From: Dicyema japonicum | Taxonomy: Eukaryota > Animalia > Dicyemida | Length of the DNA stretch: 64,000 bases | Assembly (NCBI GenBank): GCA_011109175.1 | Contig: RDEW01000044.1 | Coordinates: forward strand, 285,681 to 349,680 | Direction of reading: 5' to 3' | In this document: piece by piece, positions 38,161 to 50,395 of the stretch | Layout of the letters: each line of letters begins with the position of its first letter | How positions within the stretch are numbered: position 1 is the stretch's first letter | Translations under genes and position numbers: made by a program | The notes under the pieces: generated by a model | Told to the model about the DNA's origin: nothing | The model's database searches: none | Seen by the model: only the letters and a program-made list of their open reading frames with translations

Positions 38161-38689
38161 TTTTTATTCGTTAAACCGTCTTCATTTTATGTGAATTTTT
38201 ACAACTATTTGAATTAAAACTGATATTCAAAAATCAACAAAATTCAAAATTTAAGGGAGCAGCCCCAAAATGCCTGATGTATTCAAAACTATATATGCTT
38301 TTACAATAGTTCAAAGAACATGGATGACTGAATATTATCATATTCAGCTGAAAAAACGAATTTTACTATTGATTAACCTCTACTCTGCACAATGTCTTCC
38401 GACGAACTTATAATATATAAAAATATCGTTTCTTCCTAAAAATAGTTCGGATTTGCTTTAACAAACGGATTTTGAAACTATAAAATATTTCAAGGGTTAT
38501 TGAAACTCAAAATATTTCTGTATACAATTTTAAAAGAATTGACTTTAAAAGATACGGCCTTTTTTGGAAAAATAGATAGGAAAAATTTTTCTCAGGTAAA
38601 TCATTGGAAACAGTCCAGCATCTGCAATTTTTTCTCTGAGGTAGCCTTTGTCCTATTATTGTATATCAAAATAAATGTTTAAAAGCATG

Positions 38690-39935
38690 TCGTATAGCAA
38701 CATCCTTACTATGCTGATAGTATATTCTCTTGGTATAGCGGTCAGAGTTTCCTATTGCTGTTTTTTAAATATATCGTCAACTGTAATGGGAAAAGAGTCT
38801 CCTCGAGGTTAAATTACTTGAGTAGGTCTATCGGACTCTCACAAAGAGTTCGGTATTTGATAGTAGATCATCCTTAGGGTTGGCTCATCAAAAAATTGTT
38901 TCAGTACCCACATTAGTTTATGCCTATTAACTGTCATGGAGTATTGATAAGTCTATCTTAAGAATTTTAATGGTGTAGTTGATCTTTAATGAGTTCCACA
39001 CTTCCATCTGAGGCTTCATACCACATCGTCTGTTGATCTCCCTTCTCGAAATCCACTTTGGTTTTCCTATAAGTATCTTAGTGGGTCCTCTTATTCATTC
39101 CAGCACGATATTTATCAGAACTAATGAAGCGATGTGACTGTTCGTTAGTAATTTTCTTACCATTCAAGGCTTTTCTCACAATAACTTATGCCGCATTCCA
39201 TTTTCTCTTACATGTCGTCAAGTTCCTCCCTAGCTCTGCAATTTCAAAGTGAAACGGCATCATAGACATCCTACTCTTTTCTCTTGTGCCAAGATAATTG
39301 CCATCTGCTTCATTAATAATGTTCATTATATAGTCCCAGGAATCTCTTAGTGAGACATCCGCTGATACATCAGGTAGGAGTCTTTGTATTATCGATAGCC
39401 ACGTTTTTACATAAAATGTCATCTGAGTTACTTTTTACTCCAATTTTTGCATTAAGGTCACCAGCAATAAACATCAGTGAGGACGAATCGTATTCGTTGT
39501 AAGTCTATGATAACGCGAAAAGTCGTCCAGTTCAGACGAATCTTTCGCCACTCACACACAATGTAGCATATACACATTCGTAATTGTCATTTTTGAGTCA
39601 TATTTGAATTAAACCAATATTGTCACTCACACAGCAAATATTTTGGATTCAAGTGCCATCCTTTAATGGATAGATAATCTTAGTCGATAGTGTATTGAGT
39701 AAATTGTAGACATATCAATCAATATTTTCCATAGTTCTCTTTGAGACTGCAGAAAATCTTCTGCTGACAACCAATGGAAATTTTATATCTCTCCAGGTCA
39801 TAACAGAGAATCTTTCTCGACAAGGTTATACCTATAACTTTTAACTTGAGGAGCTTCAGACGGGATACATTTCAACTGCTTTTTAGACATTATTTCGACT
39901 GTCATCAATCGAGAAGCGAGACACCTCACCATCTC
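38690..39935 (-). mobile_element. Degenerate RTE LINE (leader, APE, part of RT)
   Basis: A leader variant GATGGTGAGGTGTCTC sits at 39918-39933. Minus-strand motifs include GDLNAK and QSGFREGRST. Confidence 0.7.
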
Positions 39936-40029
39936 ACCAATAAAGATTAATACTTTTAGGTAATAACTAAGACTTTCCATGCTTGTAGATAGGTTCCAAT
40001 AATAATTTTTCTATGGATGACGTGCAGAA

Positions 40030-41000
40030 GGCGACTCAAAACCAAAAATTGTCATACTCCAACGGTTCAGATAATATCCCTACAGTAGTATTGATGAAGA
40101 TAGACCCATATGCTATCATGACCCTCACCCGAATTTTCAACCTTTCCATCAACAGGTAATCCATCCCTACCCTATGGAAATTATACGACAAATTTTAAAG
40201 CCAGGACGGCCGAAGGACTCAACGTACTCTTACAGACCTACATTTCCTCTGAGTGTCTCTTCAAAAATTATGAAAAAAAATTCTCGATCAGATTAAACCT
40301 TACCTCCTGGACGTATACTTCCAATATGGTTTTATGAAAAATCGCTCTACAACTACTGACCTTACATGCTTGACAAAATTCATCACGGAGGGTCTACATG
40401 CTAACCTCGGCCTGAAAAGATCCTTATGTATTCCATTGATATACAGAAGGCTTTTTACCCGATTGCGAGAAAATTACTCACTAGGAAGATTTTTGTCTGT
40501 AACATTCCAAACAATTTGAAAATTCGGCTTGGAAGCTTCAAGTACGGACGAGAGTGATTTTTTGTCACTAAATTTTGATGAATGGGATTACTCAAAAATC
40601 CCCACTTTCACCCATTTTCTTTAACCTCTTTATGAGCGACATGCCTTCCCATAGCAGCAACAGCACTCTGATCCTCGCTTTTGCTGGCACCATAATCCTG
40701 GCAACAAGAGACCAGTGTAATCACACAGCGGGTTCCCATTTGCAAGATTGAGATTCTGAGCTGGTAGCTTAGATGAACCTATTGCAGACAATCCCTGAAA
40801 AGTCTAGCACAAAGAGTTCTACACCAAACATAAGACTAACAAACTCGAAACCTTTCTCTCCCTTAATGGAATGTCAATCCCTTCCACTAACTCTATCAAA
40901 ATATGGGGATCACATACGACCCATATATGAGTTTCGGACAAAATATCAGCAACGTCAATTCCACCTAAAAAACTAAATACAATAAACTCTCTCAAATTTG
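40030..41000 (+). mobile_element. I/Jockey-group LINE RT fragment
   Basis: YRPTFPL, NRSTTT, DIQKAF and SPLSPIFFNLFMSD-like motifs, with frameshifts. Confidence 0.65.
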
Positions 41001-41148
41001 CCGTTTTTGGTTCCAGCGAAATTGTGCCAAATTTGAGAAATGGCAGATTTCAGAATAAATTTTTATTTGAAATTTTAAATAATTTATTTAAAAATAATTA
41101 AATATTTAAATTTATAAATTTTATTTTTAAGGAAAACAATATTTTTTA

Positions 41149-43995
41149 GGTGGTGACTTCTCTTTTGAAAAAGTATGTCTGAAAAACACGAAAATTGTAA
41201 CCTAAATGACTTCTCTCTTTTAACGATCAATGTCAGAGGACTCTCTAGTGCATGGAAAAGAAAAGAACTTTGTGAAGACCTTTCAAAATACAAGATATCA
41301 ACCGGATGTCTCCAAGAGACAAAGATATCGAAGGAGTTCGAAGAACAACACGGAAAGTTTCAGTTAATCTTTCTCTCTGGAGGATCAAAACATTACGGAC
41401 TTGGATTTGCTGTAAGAAAGGACCTACTCCGGCGCATATACCGTTATTGGACAATCAGTGAAAGGATTGGGATTTTAAAAATAACATTGGACGATCATAA
41501 CTCTCCGAAGAGTTATCTTACTATTATTAACGCATATGCTCCACATAGTGGATGGATCAATAAGCAAAAGTTGGAAGTCGAATCACTATAGAAGAAGCAT
41601 TCATTGGAAGACATGGAAGGGGAAAAAGGAACATTGCAGGAACCTTGTTAGCTAGTTTTTGTCAAGCAAATAATCTATTCCTTTGTAACACGGCCATTAT
41701 GCATTAAGCAAGACACAGGACAACTTGGTCAGACAATAGAACTAAGTCTGACGGAAGCATTGCGAAAATCTACAATCAAATAGACCACATTATTTGCAGA
41801 CAAAAAGACCGCAGTATTGTCACTGATGCCCGTGCTTAATTGACAGCATCACAAGATGGGTATTGCCAAAATGTCCATAAAGAAACTTATGGGTTTGCAA
41901 GAAATGAAAAGAAAGTGCAATGGGCACACGGAACTGCGGGGGAAGGGATACGTTTTAGACCATCTAAAGAACAATACTATCAAGGGAGAGGAATTCAGAA
42001 AATACCTCCATGAGGGATTAGAAGAAATATCAGTAGATTTGGCACCGCAAATTGTGTGGACCTTGTTCAAACAGAAGATCATGATTGCTGCGGATATATA
42101 CCTGAAAGAAAACTACGTAACTAAAACACCCACTGAAGAAGTAACCGCTTTGAAACTCCTTGCTAATCAACAAAAGGCGATATGGATACAATGTGTAAAT
42201 ACAGATGACAAAAATACGAAACAGCGGCTACAAAAAGAAAGAACAGTCATCAAAAAGAAAATAAGAAAAGCTGCACGTCGGATATTAAAGAACGAAACAA
42301 TAACAAAAATAGAGAAAATCGAAGGCCTTAAAGACAATGAGAAGTTTTATGAAGCTGTCGGACAAATCAAAAAACTACCAAGGAAAATACTGACTTTAAG
42401 AGATGAAGGAGGAAAACATATTGCTAACCAGCAAGAAATTGCAGAACTTATAGCGGATTATTTTGAAGCACAATTCGTATCAAAAAATAGCAAAAAACTC
42501 ACCATTGACACGGATCAGGGAAAATTAGACGAAGAAATAACTGTGGAAGAAGTAATGACAGCAAGTTTCAAACTGAAGGACAATAAGAGTCCCGGCCCAG
42601 ACGGCTTAAATGGTGAATTTTTCAAATATGGAACTCAAAAGCTACACATGATAATTGCCTGGATTCTAAACGAAACGTATAGTAAAGGAGCCACTTTGCC
42701 ACTTGGAGAAGGACTATTGATACCAGTACAGAAGCCAAACAAAAAATCGGGGAAAGTTGAGAACCTAAGACCAGTGGTCTTAACCAACACATTACGGAAG
42801 ATACTAGTCAATATTACGCTTCAAAGAATGGAGGGACGCCTAGACTCGTACCTGTCGGCTTATCAAAGTGGCTTCCGCAAAGGGAGATCAACGTCAGATG
42901 TTATATGGAGCCACAAATGGAGAAGTGCGACTGTTCAAAAATTTAAAATAACGACAACCATTCTGGGGATTGATATGTCAAAGGCCTTTGATTCCGTCAA
43001 CAGGAACAAGCTGCTGCAAATACTGGAGCACTTCTTGGAGGGCTCAACGATTAGGATGGTAAAGACACTCTTGACGGACACATGTTTGATGGTCAGGACT
43101 GGGAAAGCTTTATCGAGGACATTTGAAACGACAATTGGTACCCTCAAGGAGATCCATTATCCCCGATTTTGTTCATTATTTATCTGGAAGTAGCTCTACA
43201 AGACTTGAAGCCTTATATCAGAGAAGGAACGAGCATAATAGCATATGCGGACGACGTGGACTTTATCTCGAATAACAAAAAAGAGTTAATTTCACTTTTG
43301 GAGAAAATGTCTGATAAAATGGCTGAGTGGTCATTAAAAGTAAACACAAACAAAACCGAAATCACGGAGCTAAAAAAAAGTGAGGAAAGGACCGATGAGC
43401 ACTGGTGTAGATCAGAAAACTAGGATCCCTTCTCGGTGCCACCGAATATATAACACGAAGGAAGACATCAACTAATGTCGCTTTAAACAAAATAAAAAAG
43501 ACCTGGCGTTGACCCTAAAATTCGAATGAGACTATACAATGCCCTCGTGAGGCCAATCCTATTATATAATGCCGGTACATGGGCATGGACAGGAACTCGA
43601 AAAGTTGAATTCTTTTTACAGAAATCATCTCCGAGCACTCCTTTCTTCCCGAAGCTTTTTCAAAATACCGTCCGAAATCTTATACAGGAGAACAGGAACT
43701 AAGCCAATATAATGTGATATTACCCATTCGACATGAAAGCTCTTTGGACACATACTCCGCCACGATATGGGGACCCCTGCCAACATAGCAATGGAGGAGA
43801 TTCTCGTTTACACGGCCGGCCTTGGACAACACTGCCGGTTATTTTAGATGAAGATCTCAGGAGGATTGGAAAGCGCCTTACAGATGGGGACGAATTAGAT
43901 ATGCTACGGAACATGGCAACCGATCGAAAAAGATGGGGGACGTTAATTAGATTGTTAACTTTTCGTGTTGCACATGCTTTGTCATGCGTACGTGC
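41149..43995 (+). mobile_element. RTE-clade LINE, most intact copy in the window (APE + RT), a few frameshifts
   Basis: ORFs 41175-41591 (TINVRGL, LQETK, INAYAPH), 41856-43193 (KSPGPDG, QSGFRKGRST, DMSKAFDSV) and 43169-43423 (YADD). The 3' end has a taataataa tail. Confidence 0.93.
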
Positions 43996-44059
43996 CTATA
44001 ATAATAATATTTTTAACCAAGGAATCAAAAATTAATTAAATTAATACTCAATTCCCAAT

Positions 44060-45035
44060 TGCCTCTTATTAAAATATTTAATTTTTCTTTACATATTATT
44101 GAAGTAATGAATTCTGGCTTCATTGTCAGTTTCAATATTTTCTAGAAGATACTTTTAAATCTCTCTTAATTTTAAAAGCATTTCAGCCTTGTTTAATTAC
44201 TCATGTACTTCTACAAAACCGGATTTTTCTTCGTCCTCAATACCAATTAATTTCTCCTCTTCATCAAATGCCTCTTTTTCACTGTAGTCAATTGAAATAA
44301 ATTCTTCTATTTCAAAAGGATCATAAATATCTGTTCTGGATACAATTTCATCTTTTACATTTATGTCAGTAAATTTTGATTCGCATTCTGTACGTTCTAG
44401 ACGTTTAAAACAGTTTGAGATTTCACATCTTCCAATGCCATTTTTACAAACAATACAATATCCCTAAAATTTAACTTCTTATATGATTCCGAACTATAAA
44501 TATTTTCAGACGAGTAACTCTTTGAAACTTCTTCAAATTCTTTTAAAAACCAATCAATATCCACATGTTTTCAGTGCGCATTTCGTCGTGTAATTTACGC
44601 ATTCGAAATCTGTCTTTGTTTTAATTTCTCAAGAAACCCGTAAGAATTTTTAAAATTAAATAAGTTCTTTAGCAAAAAATTCTGCCTTATGTAATATTAG
44701 AGAATCGTTATAAAGCACCTTAAATGTTAGAGTTAATATTGTACCTTTTGATTCCATCGAATCCATCCACTCTACTAGATTTTCATCAAACTAAAAGTTT
44801 TTTATTATTTTACAAGTTTTTAGTTTAGGACATCTGTTCTTGAACTAAAATAAAGATTCTGCATTCATCAATAATGCATTGACTGTCCTTTTTGAGATTC
44901 TCTTTTTAAAATAGAAGAAAATATGTTGCATATCGTCTGACATTAAGCTGATTTATTGGTTTCTTTATACCGCAATATTTCCACTTTTTGAGCAATTGAA
45001 AATCAGGTGTAGCCTCCAACAGGAACATTCCGACC
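44060..45035 (-). mobile_element. pogo/Tigger-like DNA transposon remnant, catalytic core largely deleted
   Basis: Minus-strand FSIAQKVEI (HTH-psq-like), WFLKEFEE..SENIY and ISNCFKR, followed by an acidic C-terminus. Confidence 0.5.
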
Positions 45036-45289
45036 CATGCTTGCTTTTAATTATTCAAATTTTTAAAAATATTTAAAAAAATAAAAATAATATATTAAAA
45101 TGTTGGCAAATTTCAGAATTGGCAAATATTATTGAAAAATAGAAAGAATCGATTAAAAACATGGAAAATTTCAGATTTAGATAATTGAAAAGTGGCATAT
45201 TTGAGAGAGTTAACTGTATATAAAAACACTACTTGGTTACTACAAAAGCTATTTCCACTCAACAGTAAGTCACCTTTATAAAAAAGTAC

Positions 45290-45590
45290 ATACAACAATA
45301 GCTACTGCTGTGCCGCATGGGACACAAACCTATCGTATACGGACTAAAGAAAATCAATTCCTTCCAAGAAACAGTCACGAGTGCTCTACAAAGTGACAAC
45401 TCCGTTAGAGGAACTTGTGAGGAGAACAAAAGCCCGTTTAAAACCTACAAATTTCCGAAAAGTGTATCATCAATACAGGAAATGTGTCGAATCTTTGGAG
45501 GAACACCGAGAAAAGATGAGACGGCTGATTAAGGAGGCCGGGATCATCTGACGGCCCCCATTCCCTTTTATTCTGTCGGTGATTATTGGT
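45290..45590 (+). mobile_element. 3' fragment of an I/Jockey-group LINE
   Basis: ISYCCAAWDTNL resembles 33945-33975 (ISYACTAWGSNL). Confidence 0.55.
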
Positions 45591-45656
45591 TTTAAATAAA
45601 TTATTTAAAATATATAATTTTAATTTTCAAATATAATTAAATTAAACACATACAAC

Positions 45657-47921
45657 ATGGATATTCAGTTAAGTGATTGTGTAGCAAACTGCAAAAAAGT
45701 AGAGGACAGCATAATATACAAGGATGAATGTATTTATTCATTTGATAGCAAAGTATTATTAACTTTATATATTAGTTCTTTCCAAATGGGATATACATTT
45801 GCCTAAAAAATCATTTGGCTGTGGGGTACCGATTTCTTGAAGAATATGCTGCAAATCACGACTGCCATGCCTTCCTCAACATTCGATCTCAAAGGACGTT
45901 GCTGCCCTCATCTTTTGAGACCTCCCCTAAAAGCCTTGCTATTGGAGTGGAAGGAGGATTCAACACAGAGTTTAACTATTCAGTAACCGATAAAACCAGT
46001 CTCATTCTAATGCCCGATTACATTGAAATGGCCATCGACGACAACTCCATCCCACGTTACCTTAAGACTATAATAGATGGAATTATCAATGGAGAGTCAG
46101 CTTACAAAACATTCGAGAAAAAGAAACTGTCAGGGAAATGGGAGGGAGAGCAAATAATGGATAGTCAGTGAGGATTCCTTTGTATAATTGACAGAGTGGC
46201 CTTCGATCTCTTTCAAGAAGATTCTAAAGATGTGGATCTCATAAATCCTCGATGTTGTGACTATGATTTGGAGACTAATCTTGGGTTGAACATGAGTGAT
46301 GGATCCATTCGATGTGGAAGAGGTTACTACGATGGGACTGGGGAAAACAATCTCAGTTTAGAGCACTTTAAGAAGACGGATTATCCCCTGGTGATCAAGC
46401 TCGGCACAATCTGTCCTAACTCACTCCCCGGTAGTTTCATTTTGTTACTAGACATATTCTCTTATGTGGAGGCGACTATGGTTAAGGATCCTCTTCTGAA
46501 GCAGCATTTATTGCATAGGGGGATTGATATTAACAGGATGGAGAAGACCGACAAGACTATGACTGAATTGGAGATTGAACTTAATTCCAACCACAAATGG
46601 GCCTCCATCATGGAGTCTCATAACGACTGTCCCCCTCTGTGGGGTCTTGGACTTACTGGGATCCATAATATCGGTAATACATGCTACATTGCCACTATTC
46701 TTCAAGTTTTCTCGTCAATCAGTCAAATCTATGACTAGTTTGTGTGTGTAATTGTTCAGTTATACATCCATGTGGATCAACATCACATCACTACCGATAA
46801 CACAGGTCATGTGTAGTACCCACCTTCAATTGTAGTCCTGTTGACTTATGTGTAGGGGAAAGGTGATCAATGGACTAGCATCAGGGCTGTATTCCCCAGA
46901 TCCTGTGTATCTCCCCAATGGGGACCGTGATCTGTCCATTGCTGGAATATATCCTCACTCATACGTGCATGCCTTCAACATGGTGAACGGTCAGTTTGGC
47001 AATGGGACTCAACAAGATGCTTGTGAATTTATGGAGTCTCTCATCCATGATCTCTCTGTTGTCTTGTTTGTATATTCCAGAATAGTGAGGACTCTTTGGC
47101 CCGCTTATTCACCTTTCAGACGGTGAATACCATTACATGTTGTGAGGATGACAACCCAAAGGAATCGCTCAAACAGATAATAACAGACAACTCGTTCGTT
47201 TCTCTATATTTGACAAACGGGGGTAAGTTGACTTGTTTATGTAGATTTTGGTGGTGACTGTTTTACTACCTTTTCCCAATGCATTGATAGATTCTCAAAG
47301 GAGGAGTTTATTGACAATTACTACTCTCCGTTTGTGGATAGGAATGTGAGGTGTCGTAGTATCACTAGTTTCATCTCATTTCCCCAGATTCTTGTTATTA
47401 AACTCTGCCGTTTCACGGTTGACTCTACTTGGAGTCCATACAAAATTGGTAGTTTTAGTAATAAGTTAGACTCCCCTGTGGAAATTCCTGAGATTATAGA
47501 CCTGACTCATCTTTTGAGTTGTCCTCAAAGTGGGGATGTAACTGATGAGACTGATCAGCTGCTTTCATGCCAAATGTCCATGGGATATGATTTAAAGACG
47601 GCTAGGACTGCTTTGATGTCTTCCAAGAATGATTTGAATGAAGCACTCGACTGGTTGGACATACATGGTGGTGACTATTCAAGTTGTACTGGTCAGGAGG
47701 ATGAATTTGAGAAACACACCACTGGAGGTAGTAGTTGTGATAAGTTAGTGTATCGAATGTTTGCATTTGTGAGTCACGTTGGTAAGTCAACGGAGTGTGG
47801 TCACTATTTGTGTCATATTATGAAGAATGGACAGTGGACTATATTTGATGATGCTAAAGTGTGTCAGTCTGTGCATCCTCGATCCGATCTTGGTTATATT
47901 TTCTTTTATGAACGTTTGTGA
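45657..47921 (+). CDS. USP5: Ubiquitin C-terminal hydrolase of the USP5/USP13/Ubp14 family, 9 exons, 693 aa
   Basis: Motifs: YKDECIYSFD, LAIGVEGGF, a ZnF-UBP-like segment, MEKTDKTMTELEI, Cys box GIHNIGNTCY (Cys 46682-46684), QQDACEF, one UBA, His box SHVG.ST.CGHY...IFDD.KV, LGYIFFYERL*. Introns are 45753-45775, 46168-46194, 46431-46451, 46738-46759, 46832-46855, 47058-47080, 47223-47244 and 47449-47469. The spliced CDS is 2082 nt with an open frame. USP5 and USP13 are not distinguished. Confidence 0.92.
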
Positions 47922-48766
47922 TTTATGATGGTTTCTTTTTTGATATTAATAATTTTACTATAAGTTTACTAATTGTGGAGATGAAGTTCATTCTTCTCGC
48001 AGACGAATAAGGGGAGATGCATAAAGTTCATGTTATTCTCTATGTGATGACATGGATTGTATCGCTGCTTTTATGGAGATGGAAGAAGAAATTGTATTAG
48101 AGAATCCCATGAGAGCGTGTCCCCTGAGGCGAGTCTTGATGTGTAACATAGCATGATGGAGGATAATAGATTTAAACGAAGTCTATGTTAGGATCGAAAC
48201 CAAAGACACTTAAGAAGGAAACTAGTTGTCTGAATAGTCTTTTTTCAATAATCAAGATTAACTCATTTATGCTATATATGTGACAAAACTAGGAATACTT
48301 TGTCACTACATTGCTGAAAAAATAATATGTCTCATCTGACGAATACGTGAGAGCACAGAAGAAGCTTAGACGGCATATTTTTTGATTTGTCTATTCCATA
48401 ATCTCTGAATTCAATCTTTTTAAAAATAAAAAGTGGAATCTATAACTTTGTTGATATAAAAACAATTTTAATAAATTTTTATATAAATTAACTTTTTGGA
48501 TCACAATTTTCCCATTCGAAGAGGGGAAACCTTTGGCGTTATGTGGTTCACCGATTCTGAAGTTTTGGTAACGCCCAGAGAGCACCTAATGCTCTTCCAA
48601 AAAGAACCATTAGACATACACCTCCGAGGAAACTGTCTCTCCGGCGGCACGCTCTATCATCCTCATCTACCCGGAAGGAACCCCTAGTCCACACAAGAAA
48701 CGGACCACGGTTCTTCAACTGAATATCAATCGAGTAAGAGGCATGATATTGAGCTGCGCTCCCTCC

Positions 48767-48988
48767 TGGCGGAGCTGAAGATAGATATGGCTGTAATACA
48801 AGAGACGAAACTGTCTGCGAACAGTCCTACCCCGATGTTCCCTGAATACGAGTCAGTACAGACTGACCTAAAGAGGATGGCGGAGCTGAAGATAGATATG
48901 GCTGTAATACAAGAGACGAAACTGCCTGCGAACAGTCCTACCCCGATGTTCCCTGAATACGAGTCAGTACAGACTGACCTAAAGAGGA
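48767..48988. repeat. 111-bp tandem duplication
   Basis: MAVIQETKL..PTPMFPEYESVQTDLKR is encoded twice. Confidence 0.9.
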
Positions 48989-49357
48989 ACCGGGGTGACG
49001 GCCTTCTCATTTTATATCGGATAGACCTTAAATGTGTGGACATCACTTTAATGGTGAAGAATATCTTGGGAGACGACGATGTTGCTGAAGTCTATGCAGT
49101 CTCACTTGAAGCAACAACTAGAAAAATTACCTTTGTGAACGTCTATGTACCCCCACCTGGTTCTTGCCCAAAGCACTATAATATGCCCAATTTATCTTCC
49201 TTGGCTTCTTTGAACGACGTGATCATTGGCGGGGACATGAACGCAAAACATCCTATGTGGCTGGCAAGTCAACCATCCGACTCAAGAGGAAAAGTACTAG
49301 TTTCGCAGACAGGGCCTTTCACGGTTATGAATGACCCTACAAAACATACGAGAACCC

Positions 49358-49682
49358 CCTTCGGGGAGTTAGACAAACTAACTTCTCGAGGCATCACGCT
49401 TTGTTCTCCCACCCTAGCGGCAATATCGACTTGGTCAGTGACTTACAACTCAAGAGGGGACCATAATTTTATCCTATTGGGGATCAAGAGAGAAACGTCA
49501 ACTAGGAGAAGATCCCCAGNCCTTCGGGGAGTTAGACAAACTAACTTCTCGAGGCATCACGCTTTGTTCTCCCACCCTAGCGGCAATTTCGACTTGGTCA
49601 GTGACTTACAACTCAAGGGGGGACCATAATTTTATCCTATTGGGGATCAAGAGAGAAACGTCAACTAGGAGAAGATCCCCAG
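49358..49682. repeat. About 162-bp duplication joined by a single N
   Basis: Two copies flank the n at 49520. Confidence 0.9.
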
Positions 49683-50371
49683 AATAATTCAACTACAAAC
49701 GCACAGATTGGAGACTTTACCGTACACTTACTGACTGCAGCACCTGGATAGTATTACTTCCATGGACAAAGTAGTCGCTTATGTAAACCGCACTTAAAGT
49801 AGTGGACTAAGAAAAGACCGTTGTTATTATTTTGTTGCAATCTTGTCAAATCTTTACTTTTTCATGCACCGTGAATACACTAAGTACTGAATTTGACACT
49901 TTTATTTATCCTAGTGAATTTTCCATTAATAAATAATTATTCCAAAGACCAAAAATAAAACCAAACAAATTCCCCCTGACGCGTTCCAGAAAAACCTTCA
50001 CATAAGAACAGTGGTCCAGAAGACGTCCTCCGGTAAGCTGAGATTGATTCAAAAATTCATTGGTAGGGAACGAAATTGTCTCCCTGTAGGATGAATAGTT
50101 TACCCTTTTGGATGCTGACAAGCAATTGCCGTCCCTTGAGTTTGGAAGATTTAATGACGACATTAGAAATCAATTAACCATATAACAAAACAACACGATT
50201 GCCGCTTTGTCAAGTAATTGGAAAATATTTGTGGAGAGAAATTCGTCATGCTGACAATTTTTGACTATAATAAAAGATATTTAGTAAAAATCGTTATATT
50301 ATATCTATTATTATAGATTTTATATAATAATTAAATAAAAAAATATGTTGAAAATTTAAATAAAATAAAAT

Positions 50372-50380
50372 TTGACCTAA
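50372..50380 (+). promoter_or_regulatory. TTGACCTAA motif 15 nt upstream of the candidate ATG at 50396
   Basis: The same 9-mer as 4109-4117 and 36892-36900. Confidence 0.3.
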
Positions 50381-50395
50381 TAAAATTTAGATTAC

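Larger units (their letters stand above)
48540..49790 (+). mobile_element. 5' part (leader + APE) of an I/Jockey-group LINE
   Basis: Motifs: VLQLNIN, AVIQETKL, NVYVPPPG, GGDMNAKHPMW, GDH. The leader GTGGTTCACCGATTCTG is 16/17 identical to 31469-31485. Confidence 0.85.
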
